Source: an uncultured virus (IMG/VR IMGVR_UViG_3300022927_000007) (Duplodnaviria > Heunggongvirae > Uroviricota > Caudoviricetes). Taken from it: 64,000 bases of DNA. The stretch lies in IMG/VR virus record IMGVR_UViG_3300022927_000007; one strand, written 5' to 3'. The notes beneath the pieces are model-generated. The model did not search any database and was not told the origin of the DNA. It saw nothing but the letters and a program-made list of their open reading frames with translations. Below are positions 20,301 through 28,236 of this stretch, one piece after another (within the stretch, counting starts at the first letter, position 1; every line of letters starts with the position of its first letter). A program made the translations under genes and the position numbers.

Positions 20301-22249
20301 GTTCACCATATGTACAAGGTGTTACTAACTTTGGAACAGCATGTATTGGTATTAAAGTTGACGGTAATTTGCACAACGGTGGTAATGATTCTATTGTTGC
20401 TAACGATTATACACAAGTACTAAGTGATGGTATTGGTGCATGGGTTACTAACTTAGGTCGTGCAGAACTTGTATCAGTATTCTGTTATTATAATCATATT
20501 GGTTATCTAGCAGAGAATGGCGGCAAGATTCGTGGAACAAACGGCAACTGTTCGTATGGTGACAAAGGCGCAGTATCAGAGTTTATTGACGTAACTGAAA
20601 TTCCAACAACTGGCGGAGTTAATAATAGAAAACTTGAAGCACAAATTGGTCGAGCGTTAACTGACGGTAGTAAGATTATCCATTTTGAGTATACAAACGC
20701 AGGTAATAATTATACATCTGCAACTTATCAAATTAGCGGTAATGGATACGGTGCAGTAGTTGCTAGTTCTAATGTAGTTAATGGCGGCATCTTTGAAGTT
20801 AGAGGCCGTAACCCAGACGACGGATCAACATATAACGTAAGTGATGTTAATAACGACGGATTGTTAAATGACGTTGATTCACTTGGCGGTAGAGGTTATG
20901 AAACTAGCTCAAACACAGCGCAGGCAGGCGGCCTAACTACTATTACTTTGTCAAACACTGAAACAGCAAATAACACCAAATACATTGGTATGAGAATTGT
21001 TATTACAGCTGGAGTTGGTTCTGGACAATACGGTGTTATTACATCATATAACTCAGGTACTAAAGTTGCTAACATTGTTAAAGATTCAGACGGTACACCA
21101 GGATGGGATACTTGGCATCCAACAAATGCAATTGCTTCAACATTAGATGCTACAACAGCATACACTATTGAACCAAGAGTAGTAGTAATTGGCGGTGGCG
21201 GCACTGGAGCACAAGTTAGAGCACAAGTTGCAGATAATAGAATCTCACAGTTCTATATTGTAAATCCAGGAAGCGGATATAGTTCATCAGACCCAACGTT
21301 AAAGTTGACAATTACTGATCCTAATGAAACTTCTGAAGCACCATATGAAATTAGAGTAGGTAACGGTGTATTAGCACAACCTACATGGACTGAACGAGGA
21401 ATTGATTTTGAAACAGCAGGCGCAACAGTTGACGGCGACGGTTATGGAGACATTTACCAATCAGCTAACTTTATGAATGTGTATGGTTTAACTGAGATTC
21501 CAACTGAAGGTGCAAACTTACAAATTGAAGGCGATAGTAGATACTTTAAAGTTGTATTTGTTAGAGAACTTTTAGGTAACCCAGGAAACTATACTGCAAA
21601 CCTACAAGTAAGTCCAGACTTAGGAGTTGAACTTGCTCCAGAGCATGGCACTAACATTACAATTAGAAGAAGATACTCTCAAGTACGTCTAACAGGACAT
21701 GATTTCTTAGATATTGGTACAGGTAACATATCAAGTACTAACTATCCAGGAACACCAGTTTATGCAAATGATCCAAAAGACGAAGTTACAGAACAAGGCG
21801 GCGGACGAGTGTTCTACACAAGTACAGACCAAGATGGTAACTTCCGAGTTGGACGTTTGTTTAACGTTGAACAGTCAACAGGATCTGCAAGTTTGAATAC
21901 CAGTGCATTCAGTTTAGCAGGTCTACAAGAATTGTCACTAGGAGCAGTAGGCTTAGGACAGGGCGGAGCAGTTATTAATGAATTTAGTACAGATGGTACA
22001 TTTAGTGCTAATTCAGATAATGTTGTTCCAACACAAAGAGCAATTATTACATACATCAATGCACAAATTGGTGGAGGAAGTAGTTCTCTGAACGTTAACG
22101 CGGTTACAGCAGGTAAAATAAATATTACAGGTAATACAATAAGTACAACTGATAATAGTCCAATCACTGTAACTACCGGGATGAATTTCAATGGTGGAAT
22201 AAGTGGTAGCCCAGTTGCATTAGCGTACTACTTGACAAGTAAAACTTAA
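17396..22249 (+). CDS. Large virion protein with CBM5/12-like repeats, helical inserts and beta-helix-like region
   Basis: 1617 aa. Same N-terminus (MAEFKLxRIRFxWK) and C-terminal block (YSQVRLTGHDFLDIGTGN...GGRVFYTSxDQDGN) as 12431..17359. Late promoter at 17363-17368. Confidence 0.8.
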   Translation: MAEFKLGRIRFIWKDAWVTGTTYLKDDVIRYGGRTYVAVQGHTASANFYNDEDHWNKFSDGTDWKSDWTTTTFYKINDIVRYGGIIYICNTGHTAQAVLEDDQSKWDQFATSIDWKDNWTASTVYKANDLVKYGGNIYLCNTGHTAAATNALGLEADILKWDIFSEGQDWKQNWAVATRYKVNDIVKYGGTLYIANTGHTSASTEALGLEDDQNKWDYLNKGFDYKGEWTNSTRYKVNDVVLWGATLYIATGSHTSVTTNPDSQLGTLQADIANWDKFVPGMEFENSWSGYERYQPGDFVTYGGNQYVANDNVFAEVPASSSKWDLVTTGFNLKGEWSDDSTNQDYRIGDVVRLGGYTYLCIADHQGFRPPNATYWARLSQGIEWKDTWTDATLYDAGDAVREGLISYICILAHTSAAGNKPSADSLGTYWKNVASGAEESALTTEGDILYYSGSGPARLPIGSEGQVLSVSTQGLPEWKDFATTPDVYYVATNGINNPYPTNGGTLDRPWKTIRYAAEEVEKGPKNPNAVYLLEINRTFIAYETAKWAKRQIITQTAPFFIGFSFDEAKFQRLAGFVVDAVTIDLRKGGNVNIRRVAQAMKDNDGTDWFDTGSETQNVAALNFVIDLVEDVINSATPPADYQDLDGVAAGDRYLQIKDSTKTPEAGVLANITSAIGIVTNSITLGGGYTLPTQVKSHAVIFVKTGTYAEVLPIRVPALTAIVGDELRSTRVEPAGSVTAAGDATYSLAGVLHMKSILSDIVEGTTVTPQTGNAVSQNDSNPLSTSAVGTILSDLAQELYDKIDYEINGASGDSSAPAFRGRNERVDDQDKFAAARLLMLNKDFIARDVTKYIEVNYPAYSFDTVACEKDVKHYIDAFIYDLIHGVSEGSNYATLMAGLFYGNSVNGSTLENMYLLRDGTGIRNQTLGGLNGTLSAANAYGSKRPSAGAYTSLDPGWGPDDDRVWITTRSPYVQGVTNFGTACIGIKVDGNLHNGGNDSIVANDYTQVLSDGIGAWVTNLGRAELVSVFCYYNHIGYLAENGGKIRGTNGNCSYGDKGAVSEFIDVTEIPTTGGVNNRKLEAQIGRALTDGSKIIHFEYTNAGNNYTSATYQISGNGYGAVVASSNVVNGGIFEVRGRNPDDGSTYNVSDVNNDGLLNDVDSLGGRGYETSSNTAQAGGLTTITLSNTETANNTKYIGMRIVITAGVGSGQYGVITSYNSGTKVANIVKDSDGTPGWDTWHPTNAIASTLDATTAYTIEPRVVVIGGGGTGAQVRAQVADNRISQFYIVNPGSGYSSSDPTLKLTITDPNETSEAPYEIRVGNGVLAQPTWTERGIDFETAGATVDGDGYGDIYQSANFMNVYGLTEIPTEGANLQIEGDSRYFKVVFVRELLGNPGNYTANLQVSPDLGVELAPEHGTNITIRRRYSQVRLTGHDFLDIGTGNISSTNYPGTPVYANDPKDEVTEQGGGRVFYTSTDQDGNFRVGRLFNVEQSTGSASLNTSAFSLAGLQELSLGAVGLGQGGAVINEFSTDGTFSANSDNVVPTQRAIITYINAQIGGGSSSLNVNAVTAGKINITGNTISTTDNSPITVTTGMNFNGGISGSPVALAYYLTSKT

Positions 22250-22281
22250 TGGCTAAATACTAACGATAGGAGTAATATAAA

Positions 22282-22608
22282 ATGGCATCAGGAATTTTAG
22301 GAATTAGTGATCTTACAGCAAATACGGATACAACAACGTATACTGTTCCTGCCGATACTTATAGCGTTGTGACTGTTTCTTTTTGTAATAGAAGTTCAAG
22401 CACAGTTCAAATAAGATTAGCAGTAGCAACCAGTGCAACACCAGGTGGCGGTGAGTATCTAGAATATGATACATCAATCGGACCAAACGGCGTTCTTGAA
22501 AGAACAGGTATTGTATTGGACACAGGCAAATTGCTTGTTACAAGATCATCCGGCGCTAACTGCAATGCAGTAGTAATGGGAATTGAAACAGCCGTACCAG
22601 CGGCGTAA
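22282..22608 (+). CDS. Small beta-rich virion protein (adaptor-like family, copy 3)
   Basis: 108 aa; TTYTVPADTYSVVTVSFCN...TGIVLDTG. Promoter TAAATA at 22254-22259, SD AGGAG. Confidence 0.7.
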   Translation: MASGILGISDLTANTDTTTYTVPADTYSVVTVSFCNRSSSTVQIRLAVATSATPGGGEYLEYDTSIGPNGVLERTGIVLDTGKLLVTRSSGANCNAVVMGIETAVPAA

Positions 22609-22623
22609 GGAAGGTATAAGAAG

Positions 22624-23073
22624 ATGGGTAGAAGAATTTCAGTAGGTTCACCAGGTCTAACAATTCCTTTCGGAACTACGGCACAGAGAACACAAGATGC
22701 AGGAGCAGGTTCAATCCGTTTCAATACTGAGTTGAATAACTTAGAATTGTATAACGGTACAGCATGGCTTCCAGTAGGTGTTCTTAACGCTACTACAGTT
22801 ACAACAGCGTATAACGCGGCATCAGGACAACAATTGTTCTGTGATACCAACGGCGGACCATTTACGATTACGTTACCAGGATCACCGGCAGTAGGCGATG
22901 TTGTTAGATTTTTTGATTTAAGAAAAACATTTGACAGCAATGCACTAACACTTGGTAGAAACGGAAAATTAATTCAAGGTGATGCGGCTGATTTGACTGT
23001 AAACTCCGAAGGAGCGGCATTTGAAGTGGTATTTTCAGGCGACACATACGGCTGGCGTATTTACACTGTATAA
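22624..23073 (+). CDS. Fibre connector-like protein (T4 gp9/gp10-type beta-sandwich)
   Basis: 149 aa. PFGTTAQR..GSIRFNT motif, then CDTNGGPFTITLPGSPAVGDVVRFFD...LTLGRNG...GW, a pattern seen in gp9/gp10-like connector domains. Confidence 0.55.
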   Translation: MGRRISVGSPGLTIPFGTTAQRTQDAGAGSIRFNTELNNLELYNGTAWLPVGVLNATTVTTAYNAASGQQLFCDTNGGPFTITLPGSPAVGDVVRFFDLRKTFDSNALTLGRNGKLIQGDAADLTVNSEGAAFEVVFSGDTYGWRIYTV

Positions 23074-23094
23074 GACTTAAGAGGAACAACATAA

Positions 23095-23934
23095 ATGGCA
23101 AGTTATGCAAGTTACAAAAAGATAACATCAGAAGGAATTCCAGCTGGAGTTATTACAAGGGACAAGTTAGCTCCCGGTGCAGGGGCTTGTCGAAAAGTTC
23201 AATGGATCTATAACGAACGTGGCATGCGTTGCCACCAGTGTGCTAGAGAAAGTGGATGTTGTGAGCAAGCAAACGGAAAATGCTGTTATTGGTGTGTTCC
23301 AAATAATGTTTATAAAGTAACCTTTGAAATTTGGTCCGGTGGCGGCGGAGGCCCAGGACATACTTGTTGTAATAACTGTTCGTTTGCTATTGGTGGCTTC
23401 GGCGGAAACTACGCAATTAAAACAATTGACACTAATCCAGGATGCCAATATAGTGTCTGTGCAGGTGGTAGTTGGCCTTGTGGCAAATCACACACATGTA
23501 CAGCAGGTATGGGTTGTAAATCATATGTTAACGGACATAATTTAAGTAATTTTTGTACAGACGGCGGCTGTGGCGGCTGGATGTGTAATGGCGATGCTTG
23601 GGGTCAGCGACATGCTGTAACAAGTTGTGGTAACTGTAACATTTGCGGAATTTTTGGATCAGACTTTGGATTTACCGGTACTGCTGGTATTAAAGCAGGT
23701 ACTACTACTTGTAGATGTCATGGACAAACAAGTTGGTCAGGTGCTGCCGCAGGTATTGGAATGCACGTAGCAACAGCAACTAACGAAGCATGGTGTGCTT
23801 GCGGATGTCATATTAATTGGCCTGCAGGTGGCGGAACTCCTGGAACATCTAGTTATTGTGATAACTGGGCAAAATGTTGTGCAGGTGGATCAGGCCAAGG
23901 CGGATCAGGAATTGTAAAGATTACTTATGTGTAA
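23095..23934 (+). CDS. Cys/Gly-rich putative fibre-tip/adhesin protein, paralog 1
   Basis: 279 aa, 30 Cys counted by hand. The WCVP..VxKVTFEIWSGGGGG...GGxGGNY...GGSGIVKITY scaffold matches phage Gly-rich adhesin domains. Confidence 0.7.
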   Translation: MASYASYKKITSEGIPAGVITRDKLAPGAGACRKVQWIYNERGMRCHQCARESGCCEQANGKCCYWCVPNNVYKVTFEIWSGGGGGPGHTCCNNCSFAIGGFGGNYAIKTIDTNPGCQYSVCAGGSWPCGKSHTCTAGMGCKSYVNGHNLSNFCTDGGCGGWMCNGDAWGQRHAVTSCGNCNICGIFGSDFGFTGTAGIKAGTTTCRCHGQTSWSGAAAGIGMHVATATNEAWCACGCHINWPAGGGTPGTSSYCDNWAKCCAGGSGQGGSGIVKITYV

Positions 23935-23946
23935 GGAAAAAGAATA

Positions 23947-24783
23947 ATGGCTACATACGCAAGTTATAAAACACTAACAACAGACAACTTCCAAGATAAT
24001 AGTGTCGGCGCAGAAAAATTAGGTCCAGGAGCAGGAAATAAGTACCATACTTTTTGGGTATTTAACGAACGCGGCATGGCATGCCAACACTGTGCTGATG
24101 CCGGTGATTGTTGCGAACAAGCAAATGGTAAATGTTGCTATTGGTCTGTACCTTCGGGCGCATCAAAAGTAGTATTTGAAATTTGGTCAGGTGGTGGCGC
24201 AGGTGCTGGTAGCACATGCTGTAACTATTGTATGCATTCAGCATGTGGCTCAGGCGGCAACTATGCTGTAAGATCAATTAGTACATGCCCTGGATGTCAG
24301 TACACAATTTGTGCTGGAGGAACATGGCCGTGTTCTAAGTCACATACTTGTACGGCTGGCATGGGTTGTAAATCATATGTTAACGGACATAATTTAAGTA
24401 ACTTTTGTACAACAGGTGGTTGTCCGGGCTGGATGTGTAATGGAGATGCTTGGGGTCCACGTCATACACAAACATGTGCTAACTGTAACGTTTGTGGTAT
24501 ATTTGGAGCAGATTTTGGAATTATGGGATCAACAGGAGTGTCAGGCGGACATGGCGGATGTCAGTGTAAATCAGGCGACTGGGGACAAACAGGTGTTGCT
24601 CCATTTGTAGGAAAAATGTTTGCAGGATCAAACGCAGAAGCATGGTGTAATTGTGCATGTTATACTAACTGGCCAGCAGGCGGTGGCCAAACAGCTCAAT
24701 CTAGTTATTGCGGTAACTGGGCAAAATGTTGTGCCGGTGGAAATATGGGCGGATCGGGCTTAGTAAGAGTAACATATGCATAA
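23947..24783 (+). CDS. Cys/Gly-rich putative fibre-tip/adhesin protein, paralog 2
   Basis: 278 aa, colinear with paralog 1 with conserved Cys spacing. Confidence 0.7.
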   Translation: MATYASYKTLTTDNFQDNSVGAEKLGPGAGNKYHTFWVFNERGMACQHCADAGDCCEQANGKCCYWSVPSGASKVVFEIWSGGGAGAGSTCCNYCMHSACGSGGNYAVRSISTCPGCQYTICAGGTWPCSKSHTCTAGMGCKSYVNGHNLSNFCTTGGCPGWMCNGDAWGPRHTQTCANCNVCGIFGADFGIMGSTGVSGGHGGCQCKSGDWGQTGVAPFVGKMFAGSNAEAWCNCACYTNWPAGGGQTAQSSYCGNWAKCCAGGNMGGSGLVRVTYA

Positions 24784-24795
24784 GGAAAGAAATTA

Positions 24796-25632
24796 ATGGC
24801 TACATACGCAAGTTATAAAAAAGTTAATACAGACAGTATTGTTAATAGTGCAGTGCAAAACTCAGATATTGCTCACGGAAACGGCAATAACATGGGAGTG
24901 CAGTGGATATACAATGAGCGCGGAATGGCATGCCATAGTTGTGCTAGACAAAGTGGATGTTGTGAGCAAGCAAACGGCAAATGTTGTTATTGGTGCGTTC
25001 CAGACGGAGCATCAACTGTAACATTTGAAATTTGGTCAGGCGGCGGTGGCGGCCCAGGTAGCACATGCTGTAACTATTGTATGTTTACAATCGGCGGCGC
25101 CGGAGGCAATTACGCTTCTAAAACAGTAAGTACAAGTCCAGGATGTCAGTACACAGTATGTGCGGGCGGTAGTTGGCCTTGTGGTAAATCACATACTTGT
25201 ACAGCAGGTATGGGATGTAAGTCATATGTTAACGGACACAATTTAAGTAATTTTTGTACAACAGGTGGTTGCGGAGGATGGATGTGTAATGGAGATGCTT
25301 GGGGACCAAGACACTCACATACATGTTCTAACTGTAACGTTTGTGGTATATTTGGAGCAGACTTTGGAATGATGGGTACATCAGGAACAGAACCAGGACA
25401 TGGTTACTGTCACTGTGTGTACACTTATTCATTCTCAGGATCAGCACCTTTATTTGGTAAAATGCAAGTAGGTGTAACTAATGAAGCATGGTGCTCATGT
25501 GGTTGTCACATTGACTGGCCAGCAGGCGGCGGACAAGCTGGTGTAAGCTCGTACTGTAATAACTGGGCAAAATGTTGTGCAGGTGGATCAGGCCAAGGCG
25601 GATCAGGTGTTGTTAGAATAACATTTATGTAA
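24796..25632 (+). CDS. Cys/Gly-rich putative fibre-tip/adhesin protein, paralog 3
   Basis: 278 aa, colinear with paralogs 1 and 2. Confidence 0.7.
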   Translation: MATYASYKKVNTDSIVNSAVQNSDIAHGNGNNMGVQWIYNERGMACHSCARQSGCCEQANGKCCYWCVPDGASTVTFEIWSGGGGGPGSTCCNYCMFTIGGAGGNYASKTVSTSPGCQYTVCAGGSWPCGKSHTCTAGMGCKSYVNGHNLSNFCTTGGCGGWMCNGDAWGPRHSHTCSNCNVCGIFGADFGMMGTSGTEPGHGYCHCVYTYSFSGSAPLFGKMQVGVTNEAWCSCGCHIDWPAGGGQAGVSSYCNNWAKCCAGGSGQGGSGVVRITFM

Positions 25633-25665
25633 AACAATGATAAATACTTTTAGGAGTTATATAAA

Positions 25666-26454
25666 ATGAGAACAATTAGAAAAGAATTTACATACCCAGT
25701 GTGGGACGAATGGAGAAAGAATAGTTTTACACAAGGTAAGACCGGAACGTTTACATATGTCGGTCCTGAATTCTTAACTTTCGAAGTTAATAATGATACA
25801 TCATCAGAGGATTACGGTAAAGAATCAGGATGGTGCTTATGGTTAAAAAGAGACTTAGAAAGACCAGCGGCCCAAGACATTACAAGAGTAACAGTTGATT
25901 GCAAAGAAAATCCACTATTGTGTGAAATTGGTAATGATTGTGGACGTGAAGACTTAATTGAGTTTAGACGTGCAAGAGAGTGGGAAGTATTATGGGACGC
26001 ACCAGATGGATTTCCTGATGTAGAACATACATTAGAGTTAGAGCCACGTGATGTGTATAACGATGCTGACATTACATATAACTTTGAAACAGAAACATTT
26101 AATCTTGGTGTAAGAGATTGGGCCGCAACAGGTTCTAAGATGGACCTAACATGGCAACAAGTTAGAGACTTACGTGATCAAATGTTACATGAAACAGATG
26201 CTAAAGTAGGTCAAACAGACGCACCAGAATCAATTCAAACTGCATGGTTAGATTTTAGACAAAAATTGCGTGATCTTCCTGCATTACTTCAAGGTAGAGG
26301 ATTTGAACCTTGGCAAGCAGTTATGATGTTTCCTAATATGCCTAAGGATATGAGAGATCCGGAAGAAGCATCTGATCCTAATGATCCATACAGAGATGGC
26401 GCATATGCTATTGATGTTAAAGTAGCGGCACAAAAAGTAGCTGGCAAAAAATAA
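25666..26454 (+). CDS. Tail fibre assembly chaperone-like protein
   Basis: C-terminal WQQVRDLRDQMLHETD...DAP...AWLDFRQKLRDLP matches the phage tail assembly chaperone pattern (R..R..LL..TD....D.P....W..YRQ.LRDLP). It lies directly after the three Cys-rich genes and has its own TAAATA at 25641-25646. Confidence 0.7.
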   Translation: MRTIRKEFTYPVWDEWRKNSFTQGKTGTFTYVGPEFLTFEVNNDTSSEDYGKESGWCLWLKRDLERPAAQDITRVTVDCKENPLLCEIGNDCGREDLIEFRRAREWEVLWDAPDGFPDVEHTLELEPRDVYNDADITYNFETETFNLGVRDWAATGSKMDLTWQQVRDLRDQMLHETDAKVGQTDAPESIQTAWLDFRQKLRDLPALLQGRGFEPWQAVMMFPNMPKDMRDPEEASDPNDPYRDGAYAIDVKVAAQKVAGKK

Positions 26455-26475
26455 TAATTAATAAAATTTAAAAAT

Positions 26476-26504
26476 AAAAACCCTTGCAATGCAGGGGTTT
26501 TTTT
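26476..26504 (+). terminator. Rho-independent terminator
   Basis: AAAAACCCTTGC-AAT-GCAGGGGTTTTTTT. Confidence 0.85.
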
Positions 26505-26539
26505 ATGCCACATCCGCCATTCATAATTTGTTTGTAAAG

Positions 26540-26545
26540 TAAATA
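26540..26545 (+). promoter_or_regulatory. Late-type promoter heading the enzyme operon
   Basis: GTAAATA just after the terminator and 24 nt before the TTG start (SD AGGAG). Confidence 0.55.
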
Positions 26546-26569
26546 TTTCTATACAATAGGAGTAATACT

Positions 26570-27610
26570 TTGTCACGAAAAAAAGCATATTTTATGAACG
26601 GTGGTGCAGGTAGAGTTGTTTGTTCAATTCCTGCATTTGAAAAACTATACGAAGAAGATCAAGACTTTATTATTGTTTGTGAAGGAGGAATGGACTTTTA
26701 TAAAGGACATCCACATCTACACGAACTAGCGTATGACCATTGGCATAAAAATTTATTTAGAGACTATATCAAAGATAGAGATTGTATTACACCTGAACCA
26801 TACAGAGTATGGGAATATTATAATCAAAAATGTAGTTTAGCACAAGCATTTGATATTGCAATTAATAATAAAGGATTGCGAGAAGTAGGCGATCCAAAAA
26901 TTTATATGAATAAACACGAACTAGTTCAAGGATATAAAGTAGTTGAAGAAGTAAAGGCTGTTACAGGAAAAGACAAAGTAGTAGTGTTTCAGCCCTTTGG
27001 CCGCACAGCAGAAAATATGGGAGACTTTATTGTTGACGGAACATCAAGAAGTTTTCACTTAAATGACGTAGTTAGAATTGTTAAAGAATTACGTGAAGAT
27101 TATGCTGTAATTATAATGAGTGAATTTCCTATTAAAATTGAAGAGAATCCAACTGTACCTATTGCTGTTCCACAAATTCCAGATGTAAGAGTTTGGTCAA
27201 GTATTATTCAAATTGCTGATCATTTTATTGGTTGTGATAGTTTAGGACAACATATGGCAAAGGCATTAGGTACAACATGCACCAGTGTTATTGGAAGTAC
27301 ATATCCTATTAATATTTCATATCCAAATTCGCCAGATTTTGATATTATTGATCTAGGTGAAGGAAAACGTAAGTTTAGTCCTATTAGACTTACAATGGAA
27401 GAGGAAATTGAACGATTTAATGATGAAGTTATGGAACTAGACGACGATAACTTTAAAGCAATTATTACTAGTGTACGCAAACGATTAGGTAAACCGAGAA
27501 GTTATTCAGGAGATTATATTCCACAAGAACAAGGAGATGTGTGTCCAACTCATGGAGTAGTACACTCTAATAAACAACCAGCTCAAATTTTAGGAAGGAC
27601 TGGCCAGTAA
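26570..27610 (+). CDS. Glycosyltransferase, GT9 (heptosyltransferase)-like
   Basis: 346 aa, TTG start. N-terminal GGAGRVVCSIPA and C-terminal FIGCDSLGQHMAKALG..IGST resemble the GT9 motifs (xGDxxxxxP; DSGxxHxAxAxG). Confidence 0.7.
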   Translation: MSRKKAYFMNGGAGRVVCSIPAFEKLYEEDQDFIIVCEGGMDFYKGHPHLHELAYDHWHKNLFRDYIKDRDCITPEPYRVWEYYNQKCSLAQAFDIAINNKGLREVGDPKIYMNKHELVQGYKVVEEVKAVTGKDKVVVFQPFGRTAENMGDFIVDGTSRSFHLNDVVRIVKELREDYAVIIMSEFPIKIEENPTVPIAVPQIPDVRVWSSIIQIADHFIGCDSLGQHMAKALGTTCTSVIGSTYPINISYPNSPDFDIIDLGEGKRKFSPIRLTMEEEIERFNDEVMELDDDNFKAIITSVRKRLGKPRSYSGDYIPQEQGDVCPTHGVVHSNKQPAQILGRTGQ

Positions 27611-28236
27611 TGTCAGATAGTCCAAGCAGATTAGATAAATCTTCCCCAGAAGCGTTTCTTAATGATTTGTTTGATAGTAGCTTTCGTCCGCAAATCGCTG
27701 CCGCACAGACTTTAGAAACATGGGTAATTACAGGTAATCATTATCCTACTTGGAAAAAGTTTTTACCGTTATTTGAAGAAGGTGTATACGACAACAGTCA
27801 TAAAGATTATGGTAACGGATATTTACACTATAAAACAGATATGGCGTATCCAATTGATTTAGATCCAACATTGGACTTTCATAGATTTATTAAAATTTGT
27901 TGTGCAGAATTACCTATTAAAGTTAACAAATTTAAAAAGGCGTGGGGAGTAGATTATGCACCCGGAGCATACAGTGGATTACATTGTCACACTCCAGGCA
28001 AGCAATTAACAGCAGTTTTGTTTTTAACAAATACTCAAACTAGCCAAGAATACCCGTTAGCAGGATCTTTAACTACACTACAACCTTTAGAATATTCAAC
28101 TAATTACTTACAACACGTACCAAAAGCAGGTGATTGTGTTATTATGGATGGCAGAGTATATCACGGGACTTATCCTACGTTAAATCAACGCAAAGTATTC
28201 GTATGCGATTTTGACTATGAGACATCAATATGTTAG
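27610..28236 (+). CDS. 2OG-Fe(II) oxygenase-like (DSBH) protein
   Basis: GAYSGLHCH...LTAVLFL...GDCVIMDGRVYHGTYP...RKVFV (HxH...H...R). Confidence 0.65.
   Translation: MSDSPSRLDKSSPEAFLNDLFDSSFRPQIAAAQTLETWVITGNHYPTWKKFLPLFEEGVYDNSHKDYGNGYLHYKTDMAYPIDLDPTLDFHRFIKICCAELPIKVNKFKKAWGVDYAPGAYSGLHCHTPGKQLTAVLFLTNTQTSQEYPLAGSLTTLQPLEYSTNYLQHVPKAGDCVIMDGRVYHGTYPTLNQRKVFVCDFDYETSIC

Noticed and set aside
23095..25632. Diversity-generating retroelement (TR/VR) explanation for the repeated Cys-rich genes
   Set aside because: There is no reverse transcriptase in the window, all three copies are intact ORFs with SDs, and the differences are not restricted to adenines.
23095..25632. Multiheme c-type cytochrome or RiPP precursor
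   Set aside because: The motifs are CC, CxC, CxxC and CxCH; I found no CxxCH. There is no signal peptide, and the proteins are 278 aa with a phage adhesin-like scaffold rather than short leader-core peptides.
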